From a virus (Duplodnaviria; Heunggongvirae; Uroviricota; Caudoviricetes), in the IMG/VR virus record IMGVR_UViG_2645727539_000006: a stretch of 18,011 nucleotides of DNA, one strand, 5' to 3'. A model generated the notes under the pieces. The model was not told the origin of the DNA. It saw nothing but the letters and a program-made list of their open reading frames with translations, and did not search any database. This document shows positions 8,268 through 16,048 of this stretch, piece after piece; position 1 is the stretch's first letter, and every line of letters starts with the position of its first letter. The translations under genes and the position numbers were made by a program.

Positions 8268-10179
8268 TCACTCCTCCGGACAGCTTCGCTGCCAGTTCTT
8301 TAAGGGTTGGCCGGGTCGTCTCTTCTTCCCGGGATTTTGCCAGTACAGCCAGATCAAGCTGCCAGCGTTGCACGGACACACGTAATGCCGCGTAGGCATA
8401 CACCAGGCAGTCCAGCGCTTCGTTACGCCGCTTTTTGTTATCCCACAGCAGACGCATCTTTCCTTTTTCCCACTTCTCCACAAGCTCTTCCGCGACCAGT
8501 TGCTGCGCCTCTGTCTGCGAAAAAATCTCCGGATCATCAGGAAAACGGATGGCATACGACGTGGCTTCATCCACAGGCGTGGGATCGGCTTTCATACGGG
8601 CATAGAGAATTTCTTTTGCGGTGTCCGTTCCCACTTCACACAGATACACGCCCCGCTGATTGCGGGTTTTTGGCATGGTGATCACCGGCTTGCCATAGAC
8701 AGATGCGCCTTTTACCGGCAGCACCCGGAAAACACCGTGTTTTTTTGACCTCTGATAAACGATTTCGCCATCGATCCCCCCGGTGTCCCAGCAGACACGG
8801 GAAATAGTCATTTCGGTTCCGTCTGCATGGCGGTATTTTTTGTTGATCGCCGCATCCACACGTAACAGCGTCTCTTCCTCATCGGGACGCCCCATAATGA
8901 TGATTTTATCCACCAGAAAGGCTTCCTCTCCCGGAGCCCATCCCCAGACATACATCTCAAAACGGTTTCGCTGCGAGTCAATGCCCGCCGTCAGATAAAC
9001 CACCCGGGCAGGCACCGCCGCCGTGTAACGCACAACCTTATCCATCAGCACCTGGTGATCGAGTTTTTCGCCCACGGCCTCTTCCCAGGTCTCGCCCAGC
9101 GTGGTGTTCACAAAGGTTTTCAGGCCGTTGGGATCTTTCAGGGCATCCAGCCAGTCATAGACAATCTGTACCCAGGTGGTGAACGGACTGTACGCCGTCC
9201 AGATATGGAAAGTGATGGAGCGCGGCGGCGGAATTTCATCACCCCGGGCGCTGAAAAACATCAGGCCGTCACGGGTCAACATGCCCGTGTTTTCACAGAT
9301 CCACCGCCCGTTACTCTGGTCAAGCTCAGACTGATGGATCACACAGCCATGATGCTCACAAAGGTAGAAAACACTTTCTGGCTTATTCTTCTCCCACTTA
9401 AGACCGAAAGGCGAGGCATCATCACCAAATTTCAGATACTGCTCCTCCCCACAGTGCGGACAGGGCACATAAAAACGCATGAAATGTGCCGACTCGTTAG
9501 CGGCTTTTTCGATCTGGCAGGAGCCTTTGATTTTAGGCGTCGAGCCGCGAATGGATTTTGGCCATACAGAGCCCTCAATACGTTTATCCCCCAGCAGGGT
9601 TGGCGACCCCTCTTTTTCAACATCCGGCTCGAACGAGGAAAGTTCGTCATAGCAGACCACGTCCACGGATTTTTCACGGTAGTTTTTGGCGGCAGCGCCG
9701 CCCAGGCACCAGAAACCGACGCCCGATGAAAAGCGTTTCAGCGTGAGAGTATTGTCACGATGTTTACGACCCAGCCATGGGGAAAGGTCTTTCAGGCATG
9801 GCACGTTCCGAATCGTCGCCTCCACGTGAGACTTCATAAAATCTTCAGCGGCAGAATCCGTGGGCTGAAAAAGCAGACTGTTTCGGGATTTATGCTCAAT
9901 AAAATACCCGACCACCCCCAGCAACATCTTTGTATAGCCAACACGGGCAGATTTAATCAGATTAACAGTGCGGATCTGATCATTCCCCATGCTGTTCATG
10001 ATGGCGATCTGGAATGGCAGCGTTTTCCATTCGCCCTCACCATATGAAGATTCTTTAGGCAGATAATAATTTTGATCAGCCCATTCAACTGGCGTCACCG
10101 GCAATGCCCTTATCAGGGGCTGTAATGCAGTTGTGACAGCGCTCATCATATTATTCAGTTGTTGCTCTGATATATTCAT
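8251..10179 (-). CDS. A: terminase large subunit gpA
   Basis: 642 aa from the ATG at 10177-10179 (MNISEQQLNNMM..., lambda starts MNISNSQ). Collinear with lambda gpA throughout (VEWADQNYYLPKES, KSARVGYTKMLLGV, GSVWPKSIRGSTPK, CPHCGEEQYLKFGD, FHIWTAYSPFTTWVQIV, KGASVYGKPV, DNKKRRNEALDC). The ORF track's longer start (10236) includes upstream read-through. Confidence 0.95.
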   Translation of the reverse strand: MNISEQQLNNMMSAVTTALQPLIRALPVTPVEWADQNYYLPKESSYGEGEWKTLPFQIAIMNSMGNDQIRTVNLIKSARVGYTKMLLGVVGYFIEHKSRNSLLFQPTDSAAEDFMKSHVEATIRNVPCLKDLSPWLGRKHRDNTLTLKRFSSGVGFWCLGGAAAKNYREKSVDVVCYDELSSFEPDVEKEGSPTLLGDKRIEGSVWPKSIRGSTPKIKGSCQIEKAANESAHFMRFYVPCPHCGEEQYLKFGDDASPFGLKWEKNKPESVFYLCEHHGCVIHQSELDQSNGRWICENTGMLTRDGLMFFSARGDEIPPPRSITFHIWTAYSPFTTWVQIVYDWLDALKDPNGLKTFVNTTLGETWEEAVGEKLDHQVLMDKVVRYTAAVPARVVYLTAGIDSQRNRFEMYVWGWAPGEEAFLVDKIIIMGRPDEEETLLRVDAAINKKYRHADGTEMTISRVCWDTGGIDGEIVYQRSKKHGVFRVLPVKGASVYGKPVITMPKTRNQRGVYLCEVGTDTAKEILYARMKADPTPVDEATSYAIRFPDDPEIFSQTEAQQLVAEELVEKWEKGKMRLLWDNKKRRNEALDCLVYAYAALRVSVQRWQLDLAVLAKSREEETTRPTLKELAAKLSGGVNGYSR

Positions 10180-10660
10180 CAAGTAAATCCGGTAATTTAT
10201 CCCCTGCCCGCGCACACTGATTTGCCCCCTTAGCAATAAGGGTTTTCAGATGGTCAAGATGGCGCGGTGTTAAATCAGGAAACTGTCGCTGCATGGATAA
10301 AGGGATGGAATCAAGCGTACTGGATAACGCCATTGCCAGCTTGCTGAGGGCAAAAATACAGAACCCGGTGTCAATCAGTTTTCCTTTTGACACCTCATTT
10401 TTTAACTGCTGTGTAACAGCCTGTTCTGCTGTCAGTTCCCATCTGGCAATAAGCAATTTCTCTTCATAGTCTTCTTCGCTATCGCCATCAGGCACATCGT
10501 TTTTACTTCTTCTCAGATACGATATGTAAAAATCGCGCCAGGCATCCAGATCCAGTTGCCCTCGCTTATTCGAGACCGGGGCACCCGGTAATTTCTGCAA
10601 TCTGCGAAGCTGGCGATCGGTCAGACTCAAATGCCTGGCAACTTCAGTCTGCGTAGCCAC
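10151..10660 (-). CDS. Nu1: terminase small subunit (Nu1 homolog) with a divergent N-terminal DNA-binding domain
   Basis: The C-terminal half (FCIFALSKLAMALSSTLDSIPLSMQRQFPDLTPRHLDHL...LPDLLDEYI) matches the lambda Nu1 terminase-interaction region. The N-terminus (ATQTEVARHLSLTDRQLRRLQKL) is an HTH-like segment unlike lambda Nu1. The first in-frame codon is GTG (10658-10660), preceded by AGGTGAGGA. The 3' end overlaps the A start by ~29 nt as in lambda. Confidence 0.85.
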   Translation of the reverse strand: MATQTEVARHLSLTDRQLRRLQKLPGAPVSNKRGQLDLDAWRDFYISYLRRSKNDVPDGDSEEDYEEKLLIARWELTAEQAVTQQLKNEVSKGKLIDTGFCIFALSKLAMALSSTLDSIPLSMQRQFPDLTPRHLDHLKTLIAKGANQCARAGDKLPDLLDEYIRATTE

Positions 10661-10704
10661 TCCTCACCTCGCAAAAACTCTTACCTCACAATCAGCACAA
10701 AACC

Positions 10705-10808
10705 GGTCATGTCCGGTTTACATGTCCGTTTTTTGCACATGTCCGGTTCACGGACAGCCTGTTTTTATATTTTTCATATAGTTAACTTGCAGAGAAACCG
10801 GACATGGA
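10705..10808 (-). promoter_or_regulatory. candidate cosB: repeated CATGTCCGG elements between Nu1 and cosN (possible small-terminase binding sites)
   Basis: Plus strand carries CATGTCCGG at 10708-10716, CATGTCCG at 10721-10728, CATGTCCGG at 10738-10746 and an inverted copy CCGGACATG at 10798-10806, separated from the direct copies by an AT-rich stretch. Arrangement recalls the lambda cosB R-site layout, though the repeat sequence differs. Confidence 0.5.
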
Positions 10809-10837
10809 TCCCGGAAAATTTTCATAAATAGCGAAAA

Positions 10838-10861
10838 CCCGCTAGGTCGCCGCCCCGTAAC
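10838..10861. other. cosN cohesive-end site; 12-nt lambda-type cohesive end GGGCGGCGACCT at 10844-10855 (minus strand)
   Basis: The minus strand reads CGTAACCTGTCGGATC...CGTTACGGGGCGGCGACCTAGCGGGTTTTCGCTATTTATGAAAATTTTCCGG. This contains the exact lambda 12-nt cohesive end flanked by sequence I recall as lambda-like on both sides, and lies directly upstream of Nu1. Confidence 0.85.
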
Positions 10862-11054
10862 CTGTCGGATCGCCGGAAAGGACCCGCAAAATGATAATAA
10901 TTATCATCTACATGTCACAACGTGCATCTACGCCATCAAACCACGTCAAATAATCAATTATGACGCAGGTATCGTATTAATTGATCTGCGTCAACTTAAC
11001 GTAAAAACAACTTCAGACAATACAAATCAGCGACACTGAATACGGGGCAACCTC

Positions 11055-11249
11055 ATGTCAACGAAGAACAGAACCCGCAGAACAACAACCCGCAACATCC
11101 GCTTTCCTAACCAAATGATTGAACAAATTAACATCGCTCTTGAGCAAAAAGGGTCTGGGAATTTCTCAGCCTGGGTCATTGAAGCCTGCCGTCGGAGACT
11201 AACGTCAGAAAAGAGAGCATATACATCAATCCAAAGTGATGATGGATGA
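11055..11249 (+). CDS. small basic protein with a ribbon-helix-helix-like fold, resembling the lambdoid YlcI (DUF3950) family
   Basis: 64 aa, MSTKNRTRRTTTRNIRFPNQMIEQINIALEQKGSGNFSAWVIEACRRRL. Basic N-terminus followed by beta-strand-like NIRFP and two predicted helices; the only plus-strand gene in the window, sitting between cos and the lysis cassette as ylcI does next to nohD in DLP12. Family assignment is from memory. Confidence 0.5.
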   Translation: MSTKNRTRRTTTRNIRFPNQMIEQINIALEQKGSGNFSAWVIEACRRRLTSEKRAYTSIQSDDG

Positions 11250-11436
11250 ACATCCCGGTTTCTTCCACCATCGCACCGGAAAAGCGACTATGAGGGTAAC
11301 CCTGCGTCTGTCAGCACAGTAAAACCCGGTGTGCATCGTTTTTGATTATTCCCGCACACTCACGCAGAAGGAATTCCCCGTCGGGCTACGGTCATGGTTA
11401 ATGCGGGAATACGGCGACGATACAGCGCATAATGTG

Positions 11437-11985
11437 TCAGGCTTGAATACCTTTATCGAATCCCGGTAATAAAAACTGTCCCTGTCTCTCCAGACGTTCC
11501 AGCTTTGCAAGCAATTGAGGTTTTTTCGTTCTCCCCCAGCGATTGAGCAGACGGCCTGACATGCTGGCGACATCCTTCTCTTTCATGTACTCCAGCATTA
11601 CGGCGTTACGTTCTGCTTCATAACTTTCGCTGTACTTACGGAGTTCTGCTGACATCCAGTTAAACGCATTGATATAGGCTTCTTTAACAGCATCGGCTTT
11701 TGCCCCGTTAAATCCCATAACCAGCATAACGAAGCCACTAAAGTCCATGCGGTAGTAAATCTGTTTCTTGTCAAAAATACCTAAGTCATTGATTTTCTTG
11801 ACGGCCCAAAAATGGGTTGTCGAGAATTCCTCAGAACATCTCAAACATTTAATAGCCCTAATCACATGCTGATGGCGTTTACCAAATGCCCTGGCAATCT
11901 GGAAGGTGTCAGTTACCGGTTGACCTTCTGCTGCGGTAACTAACTGGCGAAAGTCGAAGTCATGATTCGCAATTAATTCATTCAT
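11437..11985 (-). CDS. rha: Rha-family phage regulatory protein (possibly starting at the upstream ATG at 12054)
   Basis: From the ATG at 11983-11985: MNELIANHDFDFRQLVTAAEGQPVTDTFQIARAFGKRHQHVIRAIKCL, resembling the Rha N-terminal motif (PVTxSxxIAxxFGKRHxxVLRxI). Location downstream of Rz and before cos. Confidence 0.55.
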   Translation of the reverse strand: MNELIANHDFDFRQLVTAAEGQPVTDTFQIARAFGKRHQHVIRAIKCLRCSEEFSTTHFWAVKKINDLGIFDKKQIYYRMDFSGFVMLVMGFNGAKADAVKEAYINAFNWMSAELRKYSESYEAERNAVMLEYMKEKDVASMSGRLLNRWGRTKKPQLLAKLERLERQGQFLLPGFDKGIQA

Positions 11986-12137
11986 GGCGTTGCCTGCTTC
12001 TTTGAAATGAACCTTTGCCGCATAGGAAACCAGCCCACCGAGGCTCGCCAGCACTAACTGGTATCCTCAAAGGCCCATTCCAAAGGGTCAGGTTCGGTGT
12101 TTATTGTGCGCTGCGGTGCGCGGTGAAATACCGGTAC

Positions 12138-12166
12138 AAAAATGCCCCGCATCTGCGAGGCATTTT
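12138..12166. terminator. GC-rich hairpin flanked by A/T runs between Rz and rha (possible bidirectional terminator)
   Basis: Plus strand AAAATGCCCCGCATCTGCGAGGCATTTTCC: inverted repeat AAAATGCC(C)CGCA / TGCG(A)GGCATTTT, with T-runs on both strands after the stem. Confidence 0.35.
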
Positions 12167-12203
12167 CCTGAAAGTCACTTGTTAAATTTCAGTGAAATTA
12201 AAA

Positions 12204-12641
12204 TTATTTTAAGCACTGCGTCCTGATGTATTCCTGCAGGTAGTTAACCTGCGCGGTTATCTTGTCGATTCCACCTCGGAGACGGTAATAATTGAGTTCA
12301 GCATCTGCTGTAAGTCCTGGGCTTTCTCCATCGCCCATGCTGCTGGCTCCGGTCGTTGACTTTGCACAGGTGGCGGAGACTTGCAGGCGCTTACGCCCAG
12401 CAGAAACATCAGCACGGAGACTTTCGATAGTCGCATTAGCATCAGCAAGCTCCTTTGTGTATCTGGCGTCAAGTTCTGCTACATCACGTTGCCGCTTCTG
12501 CATATCAGCGATGATGGATGTGGCTTTATCGCGCTGCTCTTTGTAGGCGATGGCGTTATCACGGTAAAGATTAACAGCCCATGACAGGCAGGCGATAATG
12601 CAGATAACCAGAGCGGAGATAATAACGGTTACCCTGCTCAT
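12204..12641 (-). CDS. Rz: i-spanin Rz (inner-membrane spanin subunit)
   Basis: From the ATG at 12639-12641: [23 protein letters not shown] (N-terminal transmembrane helix) followed by a charged, coiled-coil-like periplasmic domain; immediately follows the endolysin with an ATGA-type overlap. Confidence 0.8.
   Translation of the reverse strand: MSRVTVIISALVICIIACLSWAVNLYRDNAIAYKEQRDKATSIIADMQKRQRDVAELDARYTKELADANATIESLRADVSAGRKRLQVSATCAKSTTGASSMGDGESPGLTADAELNYYRLRGGIDKITAQVNYLQEYIRTQCLK
12257..12442 (-). CDS. Rz1: o-spanin Rz1 (outer-membrane lipoprotein), embedded in the +1 frame of Rz
   Basis: Embedded ORF with signal peptide [20 protein letters not shown] (lipobox-like VSAC) followed by a proline-rich mature peptide [16 protein letters not shown]; fully nested in Rz as in lambda. 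Exact start (12442 or 12436) uncertain. Confidence 0.65.
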   Translation of the reverse strand: MLMRLSKVSVLMFLLGVSACKSPPPVQSQRPEPAAWAMEKAQDLQQMLNSIITVSEVESTR

Positions 12642-13135
12642 TGTTGCCCCCACAAACAGACTTCACGCTCAATCTCGCGGCGAGTCATCAGCCCTTTCCA
12701 TTGCTTACCGCCAGCGTATGTCCAGCGCCGTAGCTGATCACATGCGCTTTTGATATCGCCCTGGTTTATTTTGCGAAGAAGCGTCGATGTTCTGAAATTG
12801 CCAGCGCCCACGTTGTAAACGAACGAGTAAAGAGCGCCGCGCGTTGTTTCCGGTATATCGACGTTGATGTACGGGTTAATTTGTCTGGCGACCGTGGCAA
12901 GGTCTTTATTCAGGAGGGCTTTGCATTCTGCTTCGGTATACGTTTTACCGGGCATGATGTCTTTTCCGGTGTGTCCGTGACATACAGTCCATACGCCAAC
13001 GATATCTTTGTATGGTATGTAGCTGACACCTTCCAGACCATCGTTACCACCTGGACCAGTGATGAGCACAGACGCTATGGCAACAGCCCCACCACCAATA
13101 GCAGCTGCAACAGCCTTGCGTAATGACGGCGACAT
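12638..13135 (-). CDS. R: SAR endolysin, phage-21 R21-type lysozyme
   Basis: 165 aa with an N-terminal signal-anchor-release segment ([20 protein letters not shown]) then [27 protein letters not shown]...[29 protein letters not shown]; near-identical to my recollection of phage 21 R. Confidence 0.9.
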   Translation of the reverse strand: MSPSLRKAVAAAIGGGAVAIASVLITGPGGNDGLEGVSYIPYKDIVGVWTVCHGHTGKDIMPGKTYTEAECKALLNKDLATVARQINPYINVDIPETTRGALYSFVYNVGAGNFRTSTLLRKINQGDIKSACDQLRRWTYAGGKQWKGLMTRREIEREVCLWGQQ

Positions 13136-13341
13136 TATTCACCTCTCGCAGCCTTACGCTTATCTTCTTTAATCTTGAAATAAAGATTTGTCAGATACGT
13201 CAGCAGGCCAAACAGCAGACTTCCCAGCACACCTATTGCCACCCACTGGGACGGAGAGACTTTGTCCAGCAGCTGCAGTAACCAGTATCCCGTCCCCACC
13301 GCTGACGTGGTGTATGACACACCTGTTGTGATTTTTTCCAT
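13135..13341 (-). CDS. S: pinholin, phage-21 S21-type
   Basis: 68 aa, [68 protein letters not shown]; two transmembrane segments and a charged C-terminus, closely resembling S21. The stop overlaps the R start (ATGA). Confidence 0.85.
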   Translation of the reverse strand: MEKITTGVSYTTSAVGTGYWLLQLLDKVSPSQWVAIGVLGSLLFGLLTYLTNLYFKIKEDKRKAARGE

Positions 13342-13385
13342 CTGATGTATGTCTCCGTCACCGCCGACAGAAAATGAAAGTAAAG

Positions 13386-13422
13386 AAAAACAAAAAAGCC
13401 GCCAGTGTCACCCACTGACGGC
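13386..13422 (-). terminator. intrinsic terminator 43 nt upstream of the pinholin start
   Basis: Minus strand GCCGTCAGTG-GGTGA-CACTGGCGGC (10-bp stem, one G-U pair, 5-nt loop) followed by TTTTTTGTTTTTCTTT. Confidence 0.6.
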
Positions 13423-13596
13423 CAACGCCGGGAGCCGTGATTATGGCATTCAGGCTCTGCTAAAAATGCCAGATAACATTCCGGCCTCCCCTGATTCAGG
13501 TTATAAATGACACAATATCTTGACAACATCCGTCACTGTCTGTCAGAAAATGTACTGCCATATAGAAGCAACATGTGAAGTACATCTATCCTTTTG

Positions 13597-13639
13597 AGCC
13601 AGCACCTCTCCACCGAAAGTCAGTGCTGGCTGTTTTTTT
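13597..13639 (+). terminator. plus-strand hairpin plus T-run (module 1 of a paralogous pair), antisense to the late operon
   Basis: AGCCAGCAC (13597-13605) ... GTGCTGGCT (13623-13631) followed by GTTTTTTT; preceded by TTGACA at 13520-13525. Confidence 0.45.
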
Positions 13640-13746
13640 CCTTAATAAGGCATCTGTAACTGAAACAATCCGCATATTGATAATATATTGACAGGCATCA
13701 TTGCTGTCTGTGAAAAATAAGTCTCTACAAACATATAAGGCCTTTT

Positions 13747-13787
13747 AGCCAGCGTCTTCTTTTTCAGGTCAGTCGCTGGCTTTTTTT
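13747..13787 (+). terminator. plus-strand hairpin plus T-run (module 2 of the pair), abutting the nanS stop codon
   Basis: AGCCAGCG (13747-13754) ... CGCTGGCT (13774-13781) followed by TTTTTTT; preceded by TTGACA at 13689-13694 and shares flanking sequence with module 1. Confidence 0.45.
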
Positions 13788-13788
13788 A

Positions 13789-15639
13789 TTATGCTGCCGG
13801 TGCATTTATCTCCAGCATCAGACTTTCTATCTCAACGCCATACGCTGCATTTTTTGTAACATCCGTCAGCGTCAGCGCATTCAGTCCCAGTGTCAGACTG
13901 TCTTTTATAACCTGGAATGCCGGGCCAGCCACTCCATTCAGTTTCGGAGTAACCGTGGCACTGCCGGCGGTGAACACCAGCTCCAGCGTCTGCCAGTCGT
14001 TACCGTAATCGCCGAACTCCCCCAGCTTCGTGTTTCCGGCTTTCCTGTGATGCATCAGATTCACTCTGCCGTCAGTGGTCTGAGTGAAGTACGACATCAG
14101 GAACGGATTACCGGTACCCGTCATCGCCACACCATCAGGAACGGGAGCATCCGTATACAGATAAATCCCCAGCCCGAACTGATTGTTGGTCAGTGCGCCT
14201 GACAGGCGGAACTTACAGGTCAGTCTGCCGCCCTGTGTCAGCAGGGTAATTGCGTCATCCACCGGATGCGTCAGGGACCAGGTTTTATTGCTCTGCTTGG
14301 TGATCTTAAATACACCATCTGACAACTGAATTCCGCCATCCTTAATGCTCCAGCCCTGCGCAGCAGCCTCTCCGGCTGCCGGCAGCAGGGAGATTGTGCG
14401 AACGGACGTATCTGCAGACGGACCCGATGGCGTGTTGCCGCCGGGCGAGGGTTTGATTTCCGGTGCCTTACCACTGATGAAGGCTGAGGTGCGCCCGGCT
14501 GCGTTCAGAATAGCGGTTGCCAGACGATCCGGAATAATGCTCCTGCGCGCCCATGAACTGAAATGTGTCGGGCGGTTTGATGATACCTGGTTTCCATTCG
14601 TTCTCGATGCCGCACCGTAATATCCTGATGCCGGAATATCCGGATCTTCTGCCGGCGCGTTAGTGGCGGTATTGACGCCGTTACCATCTGTCATGAAGGG
14701 CACAAAATAAACGCCCTCACTCTCCCTGTTTTTATACCCGCCGTACACGGTGTCGTACTGGGTAGCGTATGTATTTTTCCAGTAATACGTCGTGTCACCA
14801 CAAACCCACGGCACATCTGCAGCACTGCCACCATGGCACTGCGCGTTAAACACGGAGAGGTCAGCACGAAACTGTGTCAGCATGGCTGTAAACAGCGCAG
14901 GTTGCTGTGCGTGGGTGGCGGCGCTCATGTCAAACTCACCCTGCATCCAGCAGACGGCCAGCAGAACGTTTTTGGGATTTTTCTGCAATGCCGCTTTTGT
15001 GCGGGAAATCAGATCCTGATATAACGGCTTGCCCACCCCCCAGCGTGCCGAATCCTGACTGGCCCCCGTGGACTCGCTGAATGTCCCCTCCGCGCCCTGG
15101 GTAAATGCCGAACCACCACGACAGCATGGTACCAGCAGGATCCCCGCGTTATTCGGGATATACGGGAGCAGTTTTTTGGCAATATGTAAACCCTGACCGA
15201 CACAGCCGTACTGCCCTTTGCTCAGGTCAGCCCTCGGATGATTCAGCGTACTCATATCCTGCACATCATGCAGACAGTGGTCAGCCGGAATAATATCGTT
15301 ATATCTGCAGGCAGCCCCGCCCGGCGTCACTGTACTGCGGCGCGCCAGCTGTTTAATGCGCGGATCCGGAGCATCGTATGAATCCGGCAGCGGAAGCCCT
15401 TCACCGTAAGCCATGGCATTGGACTGCCCGGCCAGTACGATGACGTAGTACCAATCCGGCTCAGATGAAGGGCCGACCTGTGGCTCTCCTTCAATAGCCA
15501 CCGCCTGCATCAGTGTGTACGGCGTAATGGCAACCGGTCCGCCGTATGGCTGCCAGCCCTCTTTCAGTTTGTGTGTCAGCTTTTCCGCAAGGTCTGACGG
15601 CGACGCCGCCCTGACAACATCGTAATGTTTAATCGACAT
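13789..15639 (-). CDS. nanS-p: prophage sialate O-acetylesterase NanS-p-like protein (DUF1737 N-domain + SGNH/SASA esterase + C-terminal domain)
   Basis: 616 aa; N-terminal MSIKHYDVVRAASPSDLAEKLTHKLKEGWQPYGGPVA is DUF1737-like; YYVIVLAGQSNAMAYGE carries the GQSN catalytic-serine motif of sialate O-acetylesterases; sits just upstream of the holin as in Stx and other lambdoid prophages. GGGAG Shine-Dalgarno before the ATG at 15637-15639. Confidence 0.75.
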   Translation of the reverse strand: MSIKHYDVVRAASPSDLAEKLTHKLKEGWQPYGGPVAITPYTLMQAVAIEGEPQVGPSSEPDWYYVIVLAGQSNAMAYGEGLPLPDSYDAPDPRIKQLARRSTVTPGGAACRYNDIIPADHCLHDVQDMSTLNHPRADLSKGQYGCVGQGLHIAKKLLPYIPNNAGILLVPCCRGGSAFTQGAEGTFSESTGASQDSARWGVGKPLYQDLISRTKAALQKNPKNVLLAVCWMQGEFDMSAATHAQQPALFTAMLTQFRADLSVFNAQCHGGSAADVPWVCGDTTYYWKNTYATQYDTVYGGYKNRESEGVYFVPFMTDGNGVNTATNAPAEDPDIPASGYYGAASRTNGNQVSSNRPTHFSSWARRSIIPDRLATAILNAAGRTSAFISGKAPEIKPSPGGNTPSGPSADTSVRTISLLPAAGEAAAQGWSIKDGGIQLSDGVFKITKQSNKTWSLTHPVDDAITLLTQGGRLTCKFRLSGALTNNQFGLGIYLYTDAPVPDGVAMTGTGNPFLMSYFTQTTDGRVNLMHHRKAGNTKLGEFGDYGNDWQTLELVFTAGSATVTPKLNGVAGPAFQVIKDSLTLGLNALTLTDVTKNAAYGVEIESLMLEINAPAA

Positions 15640-15725
15640 CGAATTTCTCCCGTGTAGAGGAACAGAGTTAAAAAGCCGGAAGCGGAATCAAATCACAGGA
15701 TGACCATCTGCCAGTGGCAGGTCAT

Positions 15726-15752
15726 AAAAAAAAGGCTGCGCAATGCGCAGCC
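15726..15752 (-). terminator. strong intrinsic terminator between the cargo gene and nanS-p
   Basis: Minus strand GGCTGCGC-ATT-GCGCAGCC (8-bp GC-rich stem) followed by 8 T; unidirectional (A-run precedes it on the plus strand). Confidence 0.7.
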
Positions 15753-15937
15753 AGAACTCACAAGGAAAATGATAAAAGGAATAACACTAGTGATGTACGC
15801 ATGGCGCCTCCCGCTAAGTTCTGCAATGATCAAACAGAACTCGCTACGTGCCCTTAAAACTCGATCATTTAGCCCCTCCAAGGAGGATTCACCATGCGGT
15901 TGATTTTTTAATAAACAGTAAACAAAAAAGTCAAGAA

Positions 15938-16048
15938 TTATTCATTCTGTTCTTTCATCATCGGCCACAGCAATACCACAATGCCGCAGACCAGAGCGCC
16001 ATCAGTCAGTACCAACATTATCCTGCTGGTGAAATCCATCATCACCAT
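15938..16048 (-). CDS. hypothetical small hydrophobic peptide (~33-36 aa), below the ORF-track cutoff
   Basis: Minus-strand ATGGTGATGATGGAT...TAA reads M(VMM)DFTSRIMLVLTDGALVCGIVVLLWPMMKEQNE, a single predicted transmembrane helix with a charged tail. No convincing Shine-Dalgarno; could be non-coding. Confidence 0.2.
   Translation of the reverse strand: MVMMDFTSRIMLVLTDGALVCGIVVLLWPMMKEQNE

Noticed and set aside
9055-9729. 224-aa plus-strand ORF inside the terminase large subunit gene
   Set aside because: Antisense to gpA, which is collinear with lambda A along its full length.
11346-11573. 75-aa minus-strand ORF overlapping the 3' end of rha
   Set aside because: Out-of-frame overlap with the better-supported Rha ORF; no Shine-Dalgarno; Cys/Ser-rich composition without recognisable features.
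12257-12546. 84-aa plus-strand ORF and a 71-aa minus ORF inside Rz
   Set aside because: The plus-strand ORF is antisense to Rz. The minus-strand one is real but was annotated as Rz1 from an internal start, not from the ORF-track start.
15693-15881. 62-aa minus-strand ORF between the cargo gene and nanS-p
   Set aside because: It reads straight through the strong intrinsic terminator hairpin and poly-T tract (15726-15752), so it is most likely leader/terminator sequence rather than coding.
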